64,000 nt of DNA, taken from positions 5,966-69,965 of IMG/VR virus record IMGVR_UViG_3300042463_000422; one strand, given 5' to 3'. This document shows, in pieces, positions 16,221-26,121 of the stretch. Source of the stretch: a virus. Every line of letters starts with the position of its first letter. Within the stretch, counting starts at the first letter, position 1. The notes below the pieces were generated by a model. It searched no databases and was not told the DNA's origin. It saw nothing but the letters and a program-made list of their open reading frames with translations. The translations under genes were made by a program, and so were the position numbers.

Positions 16221-18680
16221 ATGGTCGATCTCGAAGTCCTCAAGAAGCGCGGCGGAACGGTCGAAGAACTCAAGAAGAAGTTCACGGCCGAGAAGCTCGA
16301 CGACAAGATCAAGGCGTTGATCGACATGAACTCGTCGCGTATCGACGAGGGCATCCAGCGCAACTTGAACGAGGCCAGGACTTGGTACGCGATCGACCAG
16401 GCGTTTGATGCTTCGCAGCGGCAGATTACCTACACCCTCGTTGAGGGCCTGCTTTCCAAGGGCACCTCTACGGAGAAGGTGATGGACGCCATGAAGTCGA
16501 TGGGCCTCACGTCGAGGCTGTCGAACATGCTGCTCCCGCTGTGTAATTCGGACGGCACCAAGAAGTGTGGGCCAGACGGCAAGCCGCTGATGAAGCTGGA
16601 CATGCCGACGTTCTTCCACATTTTCGTTCCGCTGGTTCAGGCGTACACGAAGATGCGCTGGGCCAAGCTGTTCAGTGATCGAGACATCTACCCGCTCTAC
16701 AAGTATGAGCCGGTGTCCACCACGATGCAGAACCGTGTGCGCTGTGAGATCATCACCAGCCGCATTCAGCGCATGGTTCAGGAAATGGGCTATCGCGAGG
16801 ACGAGCGTCAATCGATTCTGCAGATGCTCAAGTACGGCGTCTGCCTAAACTTCCCTGCTGAGGACTTCTACCGCGAGAAGCAGATCTATCTCGAGGACAA
16901 GAAGGAGGTTGAGCGCACTATCAAGGAGGGCGTCCGCTTCGAGATACCTCACCCAAGCCGCATGTTCTACGACCTCAACAGTCGTTTGAGCACTGCCAAC
17001 ACCGATACCGGGATCGAGTATGCTGGCTTCTGGAACGTGCTTCGGTACAAGGACGTAAAGAACAACAAGCAGTTCTGGAACACGGAGAACATCCAGTTCA
17101 AATACGGAAGCTGGGTTGAGTCGAAGTACAACTTCTATCGCGAAATCAACCCTTGCATGCTCAAGTTTCCGGACCCGACGGCGTTCAGCCCGGGAGCCGG
17201 TGACTCTGATCGTGTTCGCGAGGCGTACCGGTACACGACCAATCACCAAGACGAGGGTGTCACAGTGGTCAGCTACTTCCAGAAGCTCATTCCGTCTGAG
17301 TGGAACCTGTTTGACTACGATCACCCCGTGTGGATGCGATTCATCCATACTGGATCTCATACTGTCAGTCATGCTGTACCGCTGGCCTATAACCCGCTGG
17401 TTGCCTACCTCTATGACGCGGACATGGGCAACGCCAGAAACTCCTCACTCGCGTTGGAGATTCTTCCGTTCCAGGACCATCTGTCCAACATGCTCACCCA
17501 GTACATTCTGACGGTGAAGCAGAACCTAGAGCGCATCGTTTTCTGGAACTCGGATGTCGTTGACCAGAAGTACATCGACATCATCAACAACCTCGGTGAG
17601 AAGAAGTACCGCGGCGTCACTTTCGTTCCGTACTCCAAGCGGGAGTTGTCGTGGCAGCAGCAGTCTGAGCGTGATGCGTTTACGCCCGTCCAGTTGCCTC
17701 AAGGCTCTTCTGGCGAGATCGCAAGCGGCGTGAACCAGTTGCTCTCCATGATGGAGCGCGTACTTGGTTTCTCACCTCAGGAGGTTGGTCTTCCTGCCTC
17801 TCACGAGCAAACAGCCCAAGAGGTTCAGATCATTGCCAGCAACACGAGCAACCGACTGGAACTTACCGGCAGTTTCATCGACGCCGCCATCAAGGCCCGC
17901 AAGAAGCTCCTTTACGAGGCATTCTTGGCGTACTCAGACGATGAGGTGCTGGCTGATGTCGCTGAGGTTGACGATGTGAAGAAGCAGACCCTTGACAAGA
18001 TGGGTTTTGAAGTGGATGAGCCAGAGGGTCGCAACACGACTGCTGGTATTCGCGGCAGCAAGGACGCCCTCCGAGTCGACGGCTTCTCGAGTGATCGTGA
18101 GGGCGCTGACCGTATCGTGGATTCCAAGTTGGCCGGAACGATGATCCAGACGTTCCAGTCGATCTTCGCGAACCCGGTACTCGCCCAAGCGGCTGGTCTC
18201 GATCAGCTGGTCGACCTCTTCAATCAGGTGCTCGTCTACAGCGGTGCGCCCAAAGATTTCCGCCTGCGTGTTCAGCCTCAACAGGAACAACCATCGCCCG
18301 AGGAGGCTCAGCAACAGCAGGCGGCCCAAGAGCAGCAACAGGCTGCTCAGCAGCAGCAGATACAAGAGCAGTTGGCCCAAATGGCCAGCCAGATTGTGGA
18401 CGGGAAGCTGATGGAACTCAGCGAGGGTCTTCGGACCAATCTGGTGGAGCCAATGCAGGTTCAGTCGCAACAGACCACACAGGCAATTCAACAGCTTGCC
18501 CAGCAGCAGGATCAACAGAGTCAGGCGCTGGTCAGGCTGTTTCAGATAATCCAGTCGGCACAGCAAGATCCCAATGTTGGAAGTCCAAGTCAGGTCGCTG
18601 GAGGCTACCCAGTCGGGCAAGCTCCAGAAGTGGCTCCTGTCCCCGGAGTACTACCTCCTCAGGCAGGCGTTGTTGGCTGA
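16221..18680 (+). CDS. portal protein (probable)
   Basis: 819 aa; position; EQTAQEVQ motif; Gln-rich coiled-coil C-terminus as in podovirus portals. Confidence 0.75.
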   Translation: MVDLEVLKKRGGTVEELKKKFTAEKLDDKIKALIDMNSSRIDEGIQRNLNEARTWYAIDQAFDASQRQITYTLVEGLLSKGTSTEKVMDAMKSMGLTSRLSNMLLPLCNSDGTKKCGPDGKPLMKLDMPTFFHIFVPLVQAYTKMRWAKLFSDRDIYPLYKYEPVSTTMQNRVRCEIITSRIQRMVQEMGYREDERQSILQMLKYGVCLNFPAEDFYREKQIYLEDKKEVERTIKEGVRFEIPHPSRMFYDLNSRLSTANTDTGIEYAGFWNVLRYKDVKNNKQFWNTENIQFKYGSWVESKYNFYREINPCMLKFPDPTAFSPGAGDSDRVREAYRYTTNHQDEGVTVVSYFQKLIPSEWNLFDYDHPVWMRFIHTGSHTVSHAVPLAYNPLVAYLYDADMGNARNSSLALEILPFQDHLSNMLTQYILTVKQNLERIVFWNSDVVDQKYIDIINNLGEKKYRGVTFVPYSKRELSWQQQSERDAFTPVQLPQGSSGEIASGVNQLLSMMERVLGFSPQEVGLPASHEQTAQEVQIIASNTSNRLELTGSFIDAAIKARKKLLYEAFLAYSDDEVLADVAEVDDVKKQTLDKMGFEVDEPEGRNTTAGIRGSKDALRVDGFSSDREGADRIVDSKLAGTMIQTFQSIFANPVLAQAAGLDQLVDLFNQVLVYSGAPKDFRLRVQPQQEQPSPEEAQQQQAAQEQQQAAQQQQIQEQLAQMASQIVDGKLMELSEGLRTNLVEPMQVQSQQTTQAIQQLAQQQDQQSQALVRLFQIIQSAQQDPNVGSPSQVAGGYPVGQAPEVAPVPGVLPPQAGVVG

Positions 18681-18891
18681 GGTCACTGTTCTGCAGGCAA
18701 CTGCATCGAACGTCATCACGAGAAATGCTGATGCAATCCGCGTTCAAGCGGGGTTGGACACTCGTGCGTCTCAGTCGCTCACCCAAGCAGCGCGTCTTCA
18801 GACGTGCCTAGACATTCTCGCAACGGTGTCCTCAGAGGGATACCAGTTCAAAACCGCAGAAGTGCATATCACGGACAAGCATGACAACTGA
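18574..18891 (+). CDS. small head-associated protein
   Basis: 105 aa helical ORF between portal and scaffold; 107-bp overlap with portal. Confidence 0.6.
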   Translation: MLEVQVRSLEATQSGKLQKWLLSPEYYLLRQALLAEVTVLQATASNVITRNADAIRVQAGLDTRASQSLTQAARLQTCLDILATVSSEGYQFKTAEVHITDKHDN

Positions 18892-20428
18892 ACAACAGCA
18901 GTCGCAAGACGCAGACCAGACAGGACTCGGGCAGATGAATGCTGCCCGCAGCGCACCGGCAGAAAAGTCGCCGGCAGAAACTGCAGCCATGAACGAAGCC
19001 GCCAAAGAGGCGAGCATGATGCTGCTGGACAAGCTGCTTGGTGAGGAGAACCAGCAACAGTCCGAAGATGATCGGAAGGCCGCTGAGGAGCCTGGAAATG
19101 AGGAGTCTCCCGCGAAGAAGCCTGAGGAGAAAAGGCCCGTAAAGAAGACCGAAAAGAAGGCTGAACCGAAAGCGGAGCAGAAGGTCGTTGAGAAGCCCGC
19201 CCCCAAGGCAAGCGAGGAGGAATCCGAAGATCTTCCTGAAGATCCGAAACCTCGCCGAAGAATCACGGCCGAAAAGATCACGGAGATGGCCAGCAAGGCA
19301 GCCGCGGAGGCTACCGCTGAGACATTGCGTCAAATGGAGGAGCGCCGCCTCGAGACTGAGTACGCTCGGAAGCAGGAGGCGGCCCGCCGCGAGGAAGAGG
19401 TCGAGGTTCCTGAAGAGTTCCGTGATGAGGTTGACCGTCTTCGCGAGGTCCAGAAGCTGCACCCGAACGACTACAAGGGGCGCGATCTCGCCAAGGAGTT
19501 CCTCGAGAGTTCCAAGAAAGAACGGGACTACGAGAAGAAGTGGCGCAAGGAGAACCCGGGTGTCGAGTTCGACTGGGAAGACGAGGAGCACTCCAACTTC
19601 GTTGATCAAAACGCCGTCGAGGTTGACGAACGCCACCTGAAAAACGCTGAGCGTTCCATCATCAAAGAGCAGGCGATCAGGGAAGCTGAGGAGCGTTTCG
19701 CCAAGAAGTACGGCCAAGACATCGAAGAGGTCCGCCGATCACGTGCTGAGGCCCAGCTTGCGCCGTTGCGGCAGCAGGTTGACCAGATGGCGTCTCAGAG
19801 CCTCCTGGAGGTTCTGCGGCCTGACTTGGTAGACACGTTCGCCACTGACAGAGCCAAGGTGGTTGACGAGATTAAGAACGACCCCATTACAATGGAGGCT
19901 GTCTCTACGGTCGAGCAGTGGAGTCTTCCTGCACTCGATGCCGCTGTGCGCGTCATCAACAACCCGGATGGGTACAGCAACAAGTCGCCCGAGGTTCAGC
20001 GATTGGTCAACACGGCGCTGCACGTCGAGAAGGTGCTTTCGTCAGTCCCGCGTGAAGAGCGTCCTGTGGCGGAAGACGGCCGCAAGTTCGCCACGATGCG
20101 CGACTACGCCAACATGCCCGCCGCTCAGCGTTCCAAGTACTACACAGTGCGAGATGAGGAGTTGGTTCCCCAGCTGATCATCAAGACCGCGCAATATGAG
20201 GCCGGCCGCATAAAGTCCGACCTCGAAAATAAGGCCGAGGCATTCGCGAAACGCATGGGCTACACGAAAACGGAGAGCAAGCCCTCACAAAAGACGGAGC
20301 AAAAACAGGCTCGAGAGGCGAGTGCTCCCAGTGTCAGGGCTCAGGTGGCACAGCCTGATGCTGGCAATGATGACAACGGAAATGTCAACGGTCTCCCTAA
20401 AGCGTTTTGGCAGAGCATCGGACTGTGA
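18881..20428 (+). CDS. scaffolding protein (probable)
   Basis: Highly charged E/K-rich helical protein just before the capsid gene. Confidence 0.7.
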   Translation: MTTEQQQSQDADQTGLGQMNAARSAPAEKSPAETAAMNEAAKEASMMLLDKLLGEENQQQSEDDRKAAEEPGNEESPAKKPEEKRPVKKTEKKAEPKAEQKVVEKPAPKASEEESEDLPEDPKPRRRITAEKITEMASKAAAEATAETLRQMEERRLETEYARKQEAARREEEVEVPEEFRDEVDRLREVQKLHPNDYKGRDLAKEFLESSKKERDYEKKWRKENPGVEFDWEDEEHSNFVDQNAVEVDERHLKNAERSIIKEQAIREAEERFAKKYGQDIEEVRRSRAEAQLAPLRQQVDQMASQSLLEVLRPDLVDTFATDRAKVVDEIKNDPITMEAVSTVEQWSLPALDAAVRVINNPDGYSNKSPEVQRLVNTALHVEKVLSSVPREERPVAEDGRKFATMRDYANMPAAQRSKYYTVRDEELVPQLIIKTAQYEAGRIKSDLENKAEAFAKRMGYTKTESKPSQKTEQKQAREASAPSVRAQVAQPDAGNDDNGNVNGLPKAFWQSIGL

Positions 20429-20540
20429 TGGCGTTCTGCGCAAATTAGAGCAGCACAGATTGTAAAACAGAAAATGAGCGGGCCTATTCACAAACTGGCC
20501 CGTTTAGTGAAAAGATAAGCAGCGAAAGGAATAACTGAAT

Positions 20541-22310
20541 ATGCCTATTGCAACCCCAACCGACAACCTGTTCAGCAGGTGTCTTCCGGCCATCGGGACC
20601 AACATTGAGTCCTGTGGCGCTGTGACCGCGTGCGACGCCAAGGTCGTCACGTCCGGTGATCTCGCGTCGATCTACGGATCGAACGACACCAACTACCGCA
20701 TTCTCGGCAACTTGATTGCCGCGGACTTCGTGGGAAAGGCTGTCGGCGTCCGTCAGAACGGTCTCTATGACTTCCTCCAGGCCAACAAGCGCGTGATGGG
20801 CGGCAAGCGCCTGAGCGTGCAGCAGGTGGCTGGCGGCGTCTGGGAGCTCTCGCCCTTCATCAAGATGGGTCGGAAGCGTCAGGTCAACAGTGAGTACTGG
20901 ACCGCTCGCGTGGTCGCTGCCACTGGTGCTACCCCGTCTCAGACCGCTGATCTCGACCTGAAGATCTACTCGCAGAGCTCCATCCCTGCGGACTCTCGCT
21001 GGTTCCCGAATGGTCTTCGGATCTTCGTGTCCGGCAAGAATGTTGCCTCCGGCAGCCCTGCCGTTGGTGACACCACCTACCGCCTTGCGTTCGTTGTGAA
21101 GGCGTATGTTAGCGCCGGTTCCGATGCTAACGGAGCGTTCGTTCGCATCACCGTCACCCCGCAGAATGCTGGTTCCGTGTTTGCGGCTTCCGGTAATGCT
21201 GCTGCGGTTCAGGCCAAGGCGAAGATCCCGGCCAACCTCGCTGCGGACGCCGTCATCGGTCTTGTGGTGCGCGGAACTCCCAACGTCTCCGACTACGAGA
21301 GTCACTGTGCTGAGATCCCTGGCATCAACAACAACCAGCTGCTTCCGTTCTGGATCGAGACCACCCGGTACTCGATCTGCGAAGACGAGCTCACCCAGAA
21401 GTACCTCACGGCGCTTCGGGACTCGAACCCGTTCTTCAAGCAGTTTGGCGATGTTGAGACCGTTGAGCTCAACCGCCAGATCATTGAGGATTTCCAGCGC
21501 CGTCACGCCAACAGCTTCTTCTTCAACAAGCCGCTGAACACGAACCAGACGCTGGCGAACTACAACAACCTCCCTGCGATCAATGTGCCCACCGGCTCTT
21601 TGAACCTCGCTGTGGACGGTCGCTGCATTGGTCGCAAGGCCAACGCCACCGGCATCTACGAGCAGCTGGGCGAGTGCGGTCGCGTGCACGACATGGAGGC
21701 TGAAACCCTCGACCTGAACAAGCTGTTCAACACGCTGTACCGCCTCCAACGGGAGCGCGAAGCGGCTGGCACCAAGGCCGACATCATCGAGCTCTTCACC
21801 GACTCGTTCTACGCCAACCAGTTCATCATCGGCATGGTGAACTACTTCAAGGCGAAGTACGGCTCCGACGTGTTCCGCTTGACCATGCAGTTGAACCAGG
21901 GTGGCGAGCAGGGGCCGTTCGGCTTCCGCTTCTACCGCTTCACCCTCGACTACCCGCAGGTCGAGCTCCGCATCGTCACCCACCGCATGTTCGACGACAT
22001 GCTCGCTGCCCACAAGGCTGCTGGGTTCGAGACCGCTGGCCGTATGATGTGGGCCATCGACTGGCAGAACGTCTATCAGGGAATCATCGATTCCAACTCC
22101 GTCACCAACAAAACTGGCGACCTGAAGCAGCTTGCCGCTGTGGATGACTCGTACAGCTGCGTGATGAAGGTGCCGAGCCGGACCACCAAGCTGACCAGCA
22201 CCACCTACACGGCGGTTCTGGAAGCTGAGACCACCAGCTTCGTGCTGGAGAATCTGGCTGCCACTGCGCCGATTGGAAACAGCACGAACGACGGCAGTTT
22301 CTACGTCTAA
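20541..22310 (+). CDS. major capsid protein (probable)
   Basis: 589 aa; AAGGA SD, strongly biased codons, followed by a terminator; follows scaffold. Confidence 0.8.
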   Translation: MPIATPTDNLFSRCLPAIGTNIESCGAVTACDAKVVTSGDLASIYGSNDTNYRILGNLIAADFVGKAVGVRQNGLYDFLQANKRVMGGKRLSVQQVAGGVWELSPFIKMGRKRQVNSEYWTARVVAATGATPSQTADLDLKIYSQSSIPADSRWFPNGLRIFVSGKNVASGSPAVGDTTYRLAFVVKAYVSAGSDANGAFVRITVTPQNAGSVFAASGNAAAVQAKAKIPANLAADAVIGLVVRGTPNVSDYESHCAEIPGINNNQLLPFWIETTRYSICEDELTQKYLTALRDSNPFFKQFGDVETVELNRQIIEDFQRRHANSFFFNKPLNTNQTLANYNNLPAINVPTGSLNLAVDGRCIGRKANATGIYEQLGECGRVHDMEAETLDLNKLFNTLYRLQREREAAGTKADIIELFTDSFYANQFIIGMVNYFKAKYGSDVFRLTMQLNQGGEQGPFGFRFYRFTLDYPQVELRIVTHRMFDDMLAAHKAAGFETAGRMMWAIDWQNVYQGIIDSNSVTNKTGDLKQLAAVDDSYSCVMKVPSRTTKLTSTTYTAVLEAETTSFVLENLAATAPIGNSTNDGSFYV

Positions 22311-22324
22311 TCCGTGAATGCACC

Positions 22325-22359
22325 GGGCGGGTGGGTCTAACGGCTCACCCGCCCTTTTT
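22325..22359 (+). terminator. rho-independent terminator
   Basis: gggcgggtggg / ctcacccgccc stem followed by ttttt. Confidence 0.9.
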
Positions 22360-22409
22360 GTTGGATGACTTTCAGTTGCGACCCTCAACACCCTGATCAA
22401 AATCTCGCC

Positions 22410-22826
22410 ATGCGGTACTTTGGAAAATCTCTCGTTTACAACACCATTCAGGCGGCCGACGGACGCACCGTCCCGTTCATCGAGGGCGCTGCCGGCATCG
22501 GTCTTCTGGCCACTGAGGACGCGGTCTTTATCGCAGAACTCGAGCTCCGAATCCGCGAAAAGCGCGGCGGAATCTGGGAGATGACCCAAGAGGTTTACGA
22601 CGAGGAGTTAAAAAAAAAGAACGCCTCGCAATCGCTGCAGCCGTCGTTAACCAGACAGGGTCTAACTCTGGCGGTGGTTCAAGCTCAGGCACAACTCCAG
22701 TCAGGCGATCCTGCTGCGGCCGCGGCTCCCGCGTCTGAAAAACCGAATCAGGCTGATCAAACGCCGCCCACCTCACCAGACGAAGTCAAGGTTTCAAAGC
22801 CGACAGTTGGCAAATTGAAACGCTAA
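22410..22826 (+). CDS. hypothetical virion protein with a probable -1 frameshift site
   Basis: ATG 22410; TTA AAA AAA AAG at 22608-22619. Confidence 0.75.
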   Translation: MRYFGKSLVYNTIQAADGRTVPFIEGAAGIGLLATEDAVFIAELELRIREKRGGIWEMTQEVYDEELKKKNASQSLQPSLTRQGLTLAVVQAQAQLQSGDPAAAAAPASEKPNQADQTPPTSPDEVKVSKPTVGKLKR

Positions 22827-22841
22827 ACCAGGCCACATCCC

Positions 22842-23093
22842 ATGAGCGACATTCAAGCCAACCACATTGTTGCAGCCAAGTCTGGTGCCATGTCCATTGG
22901 CGGGATGGTCGCCATGGCTGTTTCTCACATTTTCAGCCTGCCTAGCTGGGTTCAGATGGCCGCAGCGGTGGCTACAATGTGCGCGAGCTTCTATGCCATC
23001 CGTTTGAGCCGGGTGAACATCAAGAAGATTGAGGCTGAGCTCAAGATACTACGAGCCAAGGCTAACCAGCTTGGGGTATCAATAGACGACTGA
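22842..23093 (+). CDS. holin-like membrane protein
   Basis: 83 aa, two hydrophobic segments, charged tail. Confidence 0.55.
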   Translation: MSDIQANHIVAAKSGAMSIGGMVAMAVSHIFSLPSWVQMAAAVATMCASFYAIRLSRVNIKKIEAELKILRAKANQLGVSIDD

Positions 23094-23749
23094 TGAAAAC
23101 ATTCCTGATCACGCTGATTCTCTTCATCGCTGGGTGCGGCGCTTTGGTGCCAAGCACCGCAAAGCGAACATCGGCCACATCGGAGGCTGCTACCTCTACG
23201 CTCAAGGGGTCTGAGCAGTTCTCGAAAATCGTTACAGGGCATAAGACTGAACCCAAAACTGCTGCAGAGTTCCATGTCGGAGGTCTTGGAAACAAGGTGA
23301 GCGTGACGATCCCCAAGGTGCCTGACCAGATCTCGGCACCTCCTCAGGTAACGGTTGTCGCAGTTCCGTCGGTTCCTAAAGAGGTGACTCAAGCTGCTCA
23401 AACTCAGGCGCAGCAACCGTACCGCGAGGAGGTTCACTACTCGTCAAACGTGGACGCAACCGACAAGGAAAAGACCACTGAGTCTACATCCAAGTCAGTT
23501 TCGATCCCGCTTGGCGTGAACCTGATCCTATTGGCGATCGGAATGTTGGCTGTCATATTTGCAATCAATAGGGTCAGGAAATCCAGCCTTGCCGTGAACG
23601 CTGCATACCAAGCGTTCGACTCTGCGCTTGCAGGGCAGATCAGGAGTGTTCGTGAGCGCGCCATTCTCTCGACGGATAACCAGACCATCAGCATGCTGAA
23701 TGCCCAGATCGCCGATCTTGAGGCACAACGTGGAAGACTCGCCCGATGA
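23093..23749 (+). CDS. lipoprotein with C-terminal TM helix (u-spanin-like architecture)
   Basis: MKTFLITLILFIAG|C lipobox; TM IPLGVNLILLAIGMLAVIFAI. Confidence 0.6.
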   Translation: MKTFLITLILFIAGCGALVPSTAKRTSATSEAATSTLKGSEQFSKIVTGHKTEPKTAAEFHVGGLGNKVSVTIPKVPDQISAPPQVTVVAVPSVPKEVTQAAQTQAQQPYREEVHYSSNVDATDKEKTTESTSKSVSIPLGVNLILLAIGMLAVIFAINRVRKSSLAVNAAYQAFDSALAGQIRSVRERAILSTDNQTISMLNAQIADLEAQRGRLAR

Positions 23750-24513
23750 ACTTCTCTCAATATTACGCCGAGATTAGCGCCGCCGTCTTTCCTGAGGGTG
23801 AGGCTGAAAACCTTGTCCACGTCCACAAGCTGGCTGTGAAGGATGCGCTCATCGACATCCAGACCAAAATCCCATGCCTGCGGACCAACCACGCTGATTA
23901 CGTTGGTCAGTCATCCACGCTGTTCCATTGCGGTGCGAGCACGTTCGATACAGTGGACGGTAACATTGAGCGCATCTACACGTCGGCGCTGGACGGTGGT
24001 TGCGATCCTGTTGAGGCCATGTTTGTGGACCATGAGCGCATGCTCGACATGATCCACAGCTATCGTTGCTGTCTTGCTGGCGATGCTTACGGGATGACCC
24101 CTCACGCGCCAAATGACGCTGTCGGTGCCCCGATCTACGCGCCTGGTAGTGCAAGTACCGACAAGGGGTTTCGCACCGGACCAGGAGCCCTCTACTGGTC
24201 CATCAATCGCGGCACCGTCTACGTGTTTCCGTCCATCGACAGCACTGAGCAGATCGTGGTTGAGTGGAACGGTATTCAGCGGACGTTCATCGACACGACC
24301 GTGATACCGGTGACGTTTGAGAGCCGCGACGTCATGCAGGCGGTTGAAGTCTACTTGGACGCACAAGTGGCTCGGCGCGAGACCAAGGATATGAGCGACT
24401 ACCAGACCGCAAACTCGCTGTACACGAGCGCAATTTCACAGTTGGCATACGACTGCCGTAAAGCTCAACAGGCAGTTCGTAGCCCCAAGGTGATGCCTCC
24501 CGATGTATGCTGA
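23746..24513 (+). CDS. head-tail adaptor / tail tubular A-like protein
   Basis: Helical ends, central beta region (YWSI..GTVYVFPS); position. Confidence 0.55.
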   Translation: MNFSQYYAEISAAVFPEGEAENLVHVHKLAVKDALIDIQTKIPCLRTNHADYVGQSSTLFHCGASTFDTVDGNIERIYTSALDGGCDPVEAMFVDHERMLDMIHSYRCCLAGDAYGMTPHAPNDAVGAPIYAPGSASTDKGFRTGPGALYWSINRGTVYVFPSIDSTEQIVVEWNGIQRTFIDTTVIPVTFESRDVMQAVEVYLDAQVARRETKDMSDYQTANSLYTSAISQLAYDCRKAQQAVRSPKVMPPDVC

Positions 24514-25493
24514 CGGTCAATGTTCGCCCCCCTCTCGCATCCCATGCACGCCTCTCCGGTAGACCGCTGAGGTTCTACACGCAAGCGACAGATCCATCCA
24601 CTGGTTATGGTCGCCTTGCTGAGGCCTGCATGCAGGCGCTCAACATGGTCCACGTCTCGCCGCTCGATTACCCGGACTTCATACTTTCCGATCCGAGTGC
24701 CGTGGCAATCTCCCCTATTCGGTTCACGATGTGGGAGCCAACTCAGCTTCCGCCAAGCTGCGCTGGTTTTATGACAGCCAAGGCGATCATCGTGCCGTGC
24801 AAGATGAACGTGCGTGTATTTAGGTCCAGTGGCTATCGCGGACTGATCCATTCGGTTCCGTTGTGGGGCGAAGCGCCATGGGCACCGATGCCGCCTGATG
24901 ACGTGTTCAAGTTCGTGTCCATTGGCCGAGACAACGGTGTCAGGTCTCGCAAGGGGATCGATGATCTGATTGAGTTGTTTGGATTGGCGTTCCCAACCGA
25001 GAAGGACGTGCGATTGACTGTTAAGAGTAGTCCTCATTGCCCGCGCAGAGATCCTTCAGATAAGCGTATAACTGTAATCCAAGAGGATTTCACTCGATCA
25101 AAGTACGAGGAAATGATCGCTGCTCATCACTGCGGCGTATTCCTGTCCGGCCTAGAGGGGTGGAACTTTCCAGCTTGTGAACTTATGGCGGCTGGCCGCC
25201 CGTCAATCCTAGTGCCGTGGGGAGGACCTGCTGATTTCACCACGCCAGAAACATCGTGGCATCTTCCGTACACAATGGTTCAGGCACCTGATGGCCATCC
25301 ATACCACGGTGTTGGTCAGGGAGCGAAGCCAACTAGGGAGGGCGTCATCGAAGCGTTGCGAGAAGCCTACCAGAATCGCGCCCTACTGAACGAGAAGGCG
25401 ACAAGGTCTTACGAGATGTCGTTCAAGTTCACCAAGTCCAAGTTCATGGAACGACTCCGTGTTGTCGCACTAGACATTCTCAGTAGTGTTTGA
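24507..25493 (+). CDS. glycosyltransferase (GT-B, GT4-like)
   Basis: STGYGR, FTMWEPT, RKGIDDLI..F, EGWNFPACELMAAGRP (E-x7-E). Confidence 0.9.
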   Translation: MLTVNVRPPLASHARLSGRPLRFYTQATDPSTGYGRLAEACMQALNMVHVSPLDYPDFILSDPSAVAISPIRFTMWEPTQLPPSCAGFMTAKAIIVPCKMNVRVFRSSGYRGLIHSVPLWGEAPWAPMPPDDVFKFVSIGRDNGVRSRKGIDDLIELFGLAFPTEKDVRLTVKSSPHCPRRDPSDKRITVIQEDFTRSKYEEMIAAHHCGVFLSGLEGWNFPACELMAAGRPSILVPWGGPADFTTPETSWHLPYTMVQAPDGHPYHGVGQGAKPTREGVIEALREAYQNRALLNEKATRSYEMSFKFTKSKFMERLRVVALDILSSV

Positions 25494-25496
25494 TCC

Positions 25497-26114
25497 ATGG
25501 CATCCAACGCCAAGGCAACCCTGATCAAGCGGTTGGCATCAACCCCTGGCAGGGGTAATGGTGCCAATACCGGCTTGGGTACTGCCGACGTTGTAATACC
25601 TGACTTTCCGCAGCTTCCTCAGAAGCTCAATGATGCCACTGTCAGGGAGTTTTCAGATGCCGTAAACCGGTGGCGGATCAGCCTTCAGGCTCAGTTCCCG
25701 ATTCCGACTCAGCAGGCGGCTGTGGTTACCGAGGCTCAGGCTGCTGACGTTTCTGATCAGATCTCCGGAGCGATTCAGTCTGCAGTCGCCAGCATCAATT
25801 CTCAGATCGATTCGCTGAATCAGCTGATCGTGTCGAACACGACCAACCTTCAGAACCAGATCGACTCAATCAGCACTGACGGCGGTGTTACGGTTGACGA
25901 GGTTGAGTCGCTCATTCAGTCGGCAAGGTACATCCACACTCAGGGTGTTGCATCGGCTTCATGGACAATCAATCACGGGCTGGGGTGGTTCCCATCAGTC
26001 ACCGTGGTTGATCAGTCCAAGAACGTCTTTTATGGAGACGTTCGATACATTGACTCGAACTCTCTCGTGGTCACGTTTTACGCAGAAGTGTCGGGAACCG
26101 CGTATCTAAATTAG
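25497..26114 (+). CDS. tail-associated protein
   Basis: Coiled coil plus C-terminal YIHTQ..ASASWTINHGLG.FPSVTVVD...SGTAYLN domain. Confidence 0.75.
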   Translation: MASNAKATLIKRLASTPGRGNGANTGLGTADVVIPDFPQLPQKLNDATVREFSDAVNRWRISLQAQFPIPTQQAAVVTEAQAADVSDQISGAIQSAVASINSQIDSLNQLIVSNTTNLQNQIDSISTDGGVTVDEVESLIQSARYIHTQGVASASWTINHGLGWFPSVTVVDQSKNVFYGDVRYIDSNSLVVTFYAEVSGTAYLN

Positions 26115-26121
26115 GACTGCC

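Noticed and set aside
15639-16811. 390-aa minus ORF and similar long shadows (18869-19717, 39099-40196, 41404-42498, 42818-44098)
   Set aside because: Antisense to well-supported genes; composition typical of reverse-frame artefacts
20484-22589. 701-aa antisense ORF opposite the capsid gene
   Set aside because: Shadow of strong codon bias; no motifs or SD
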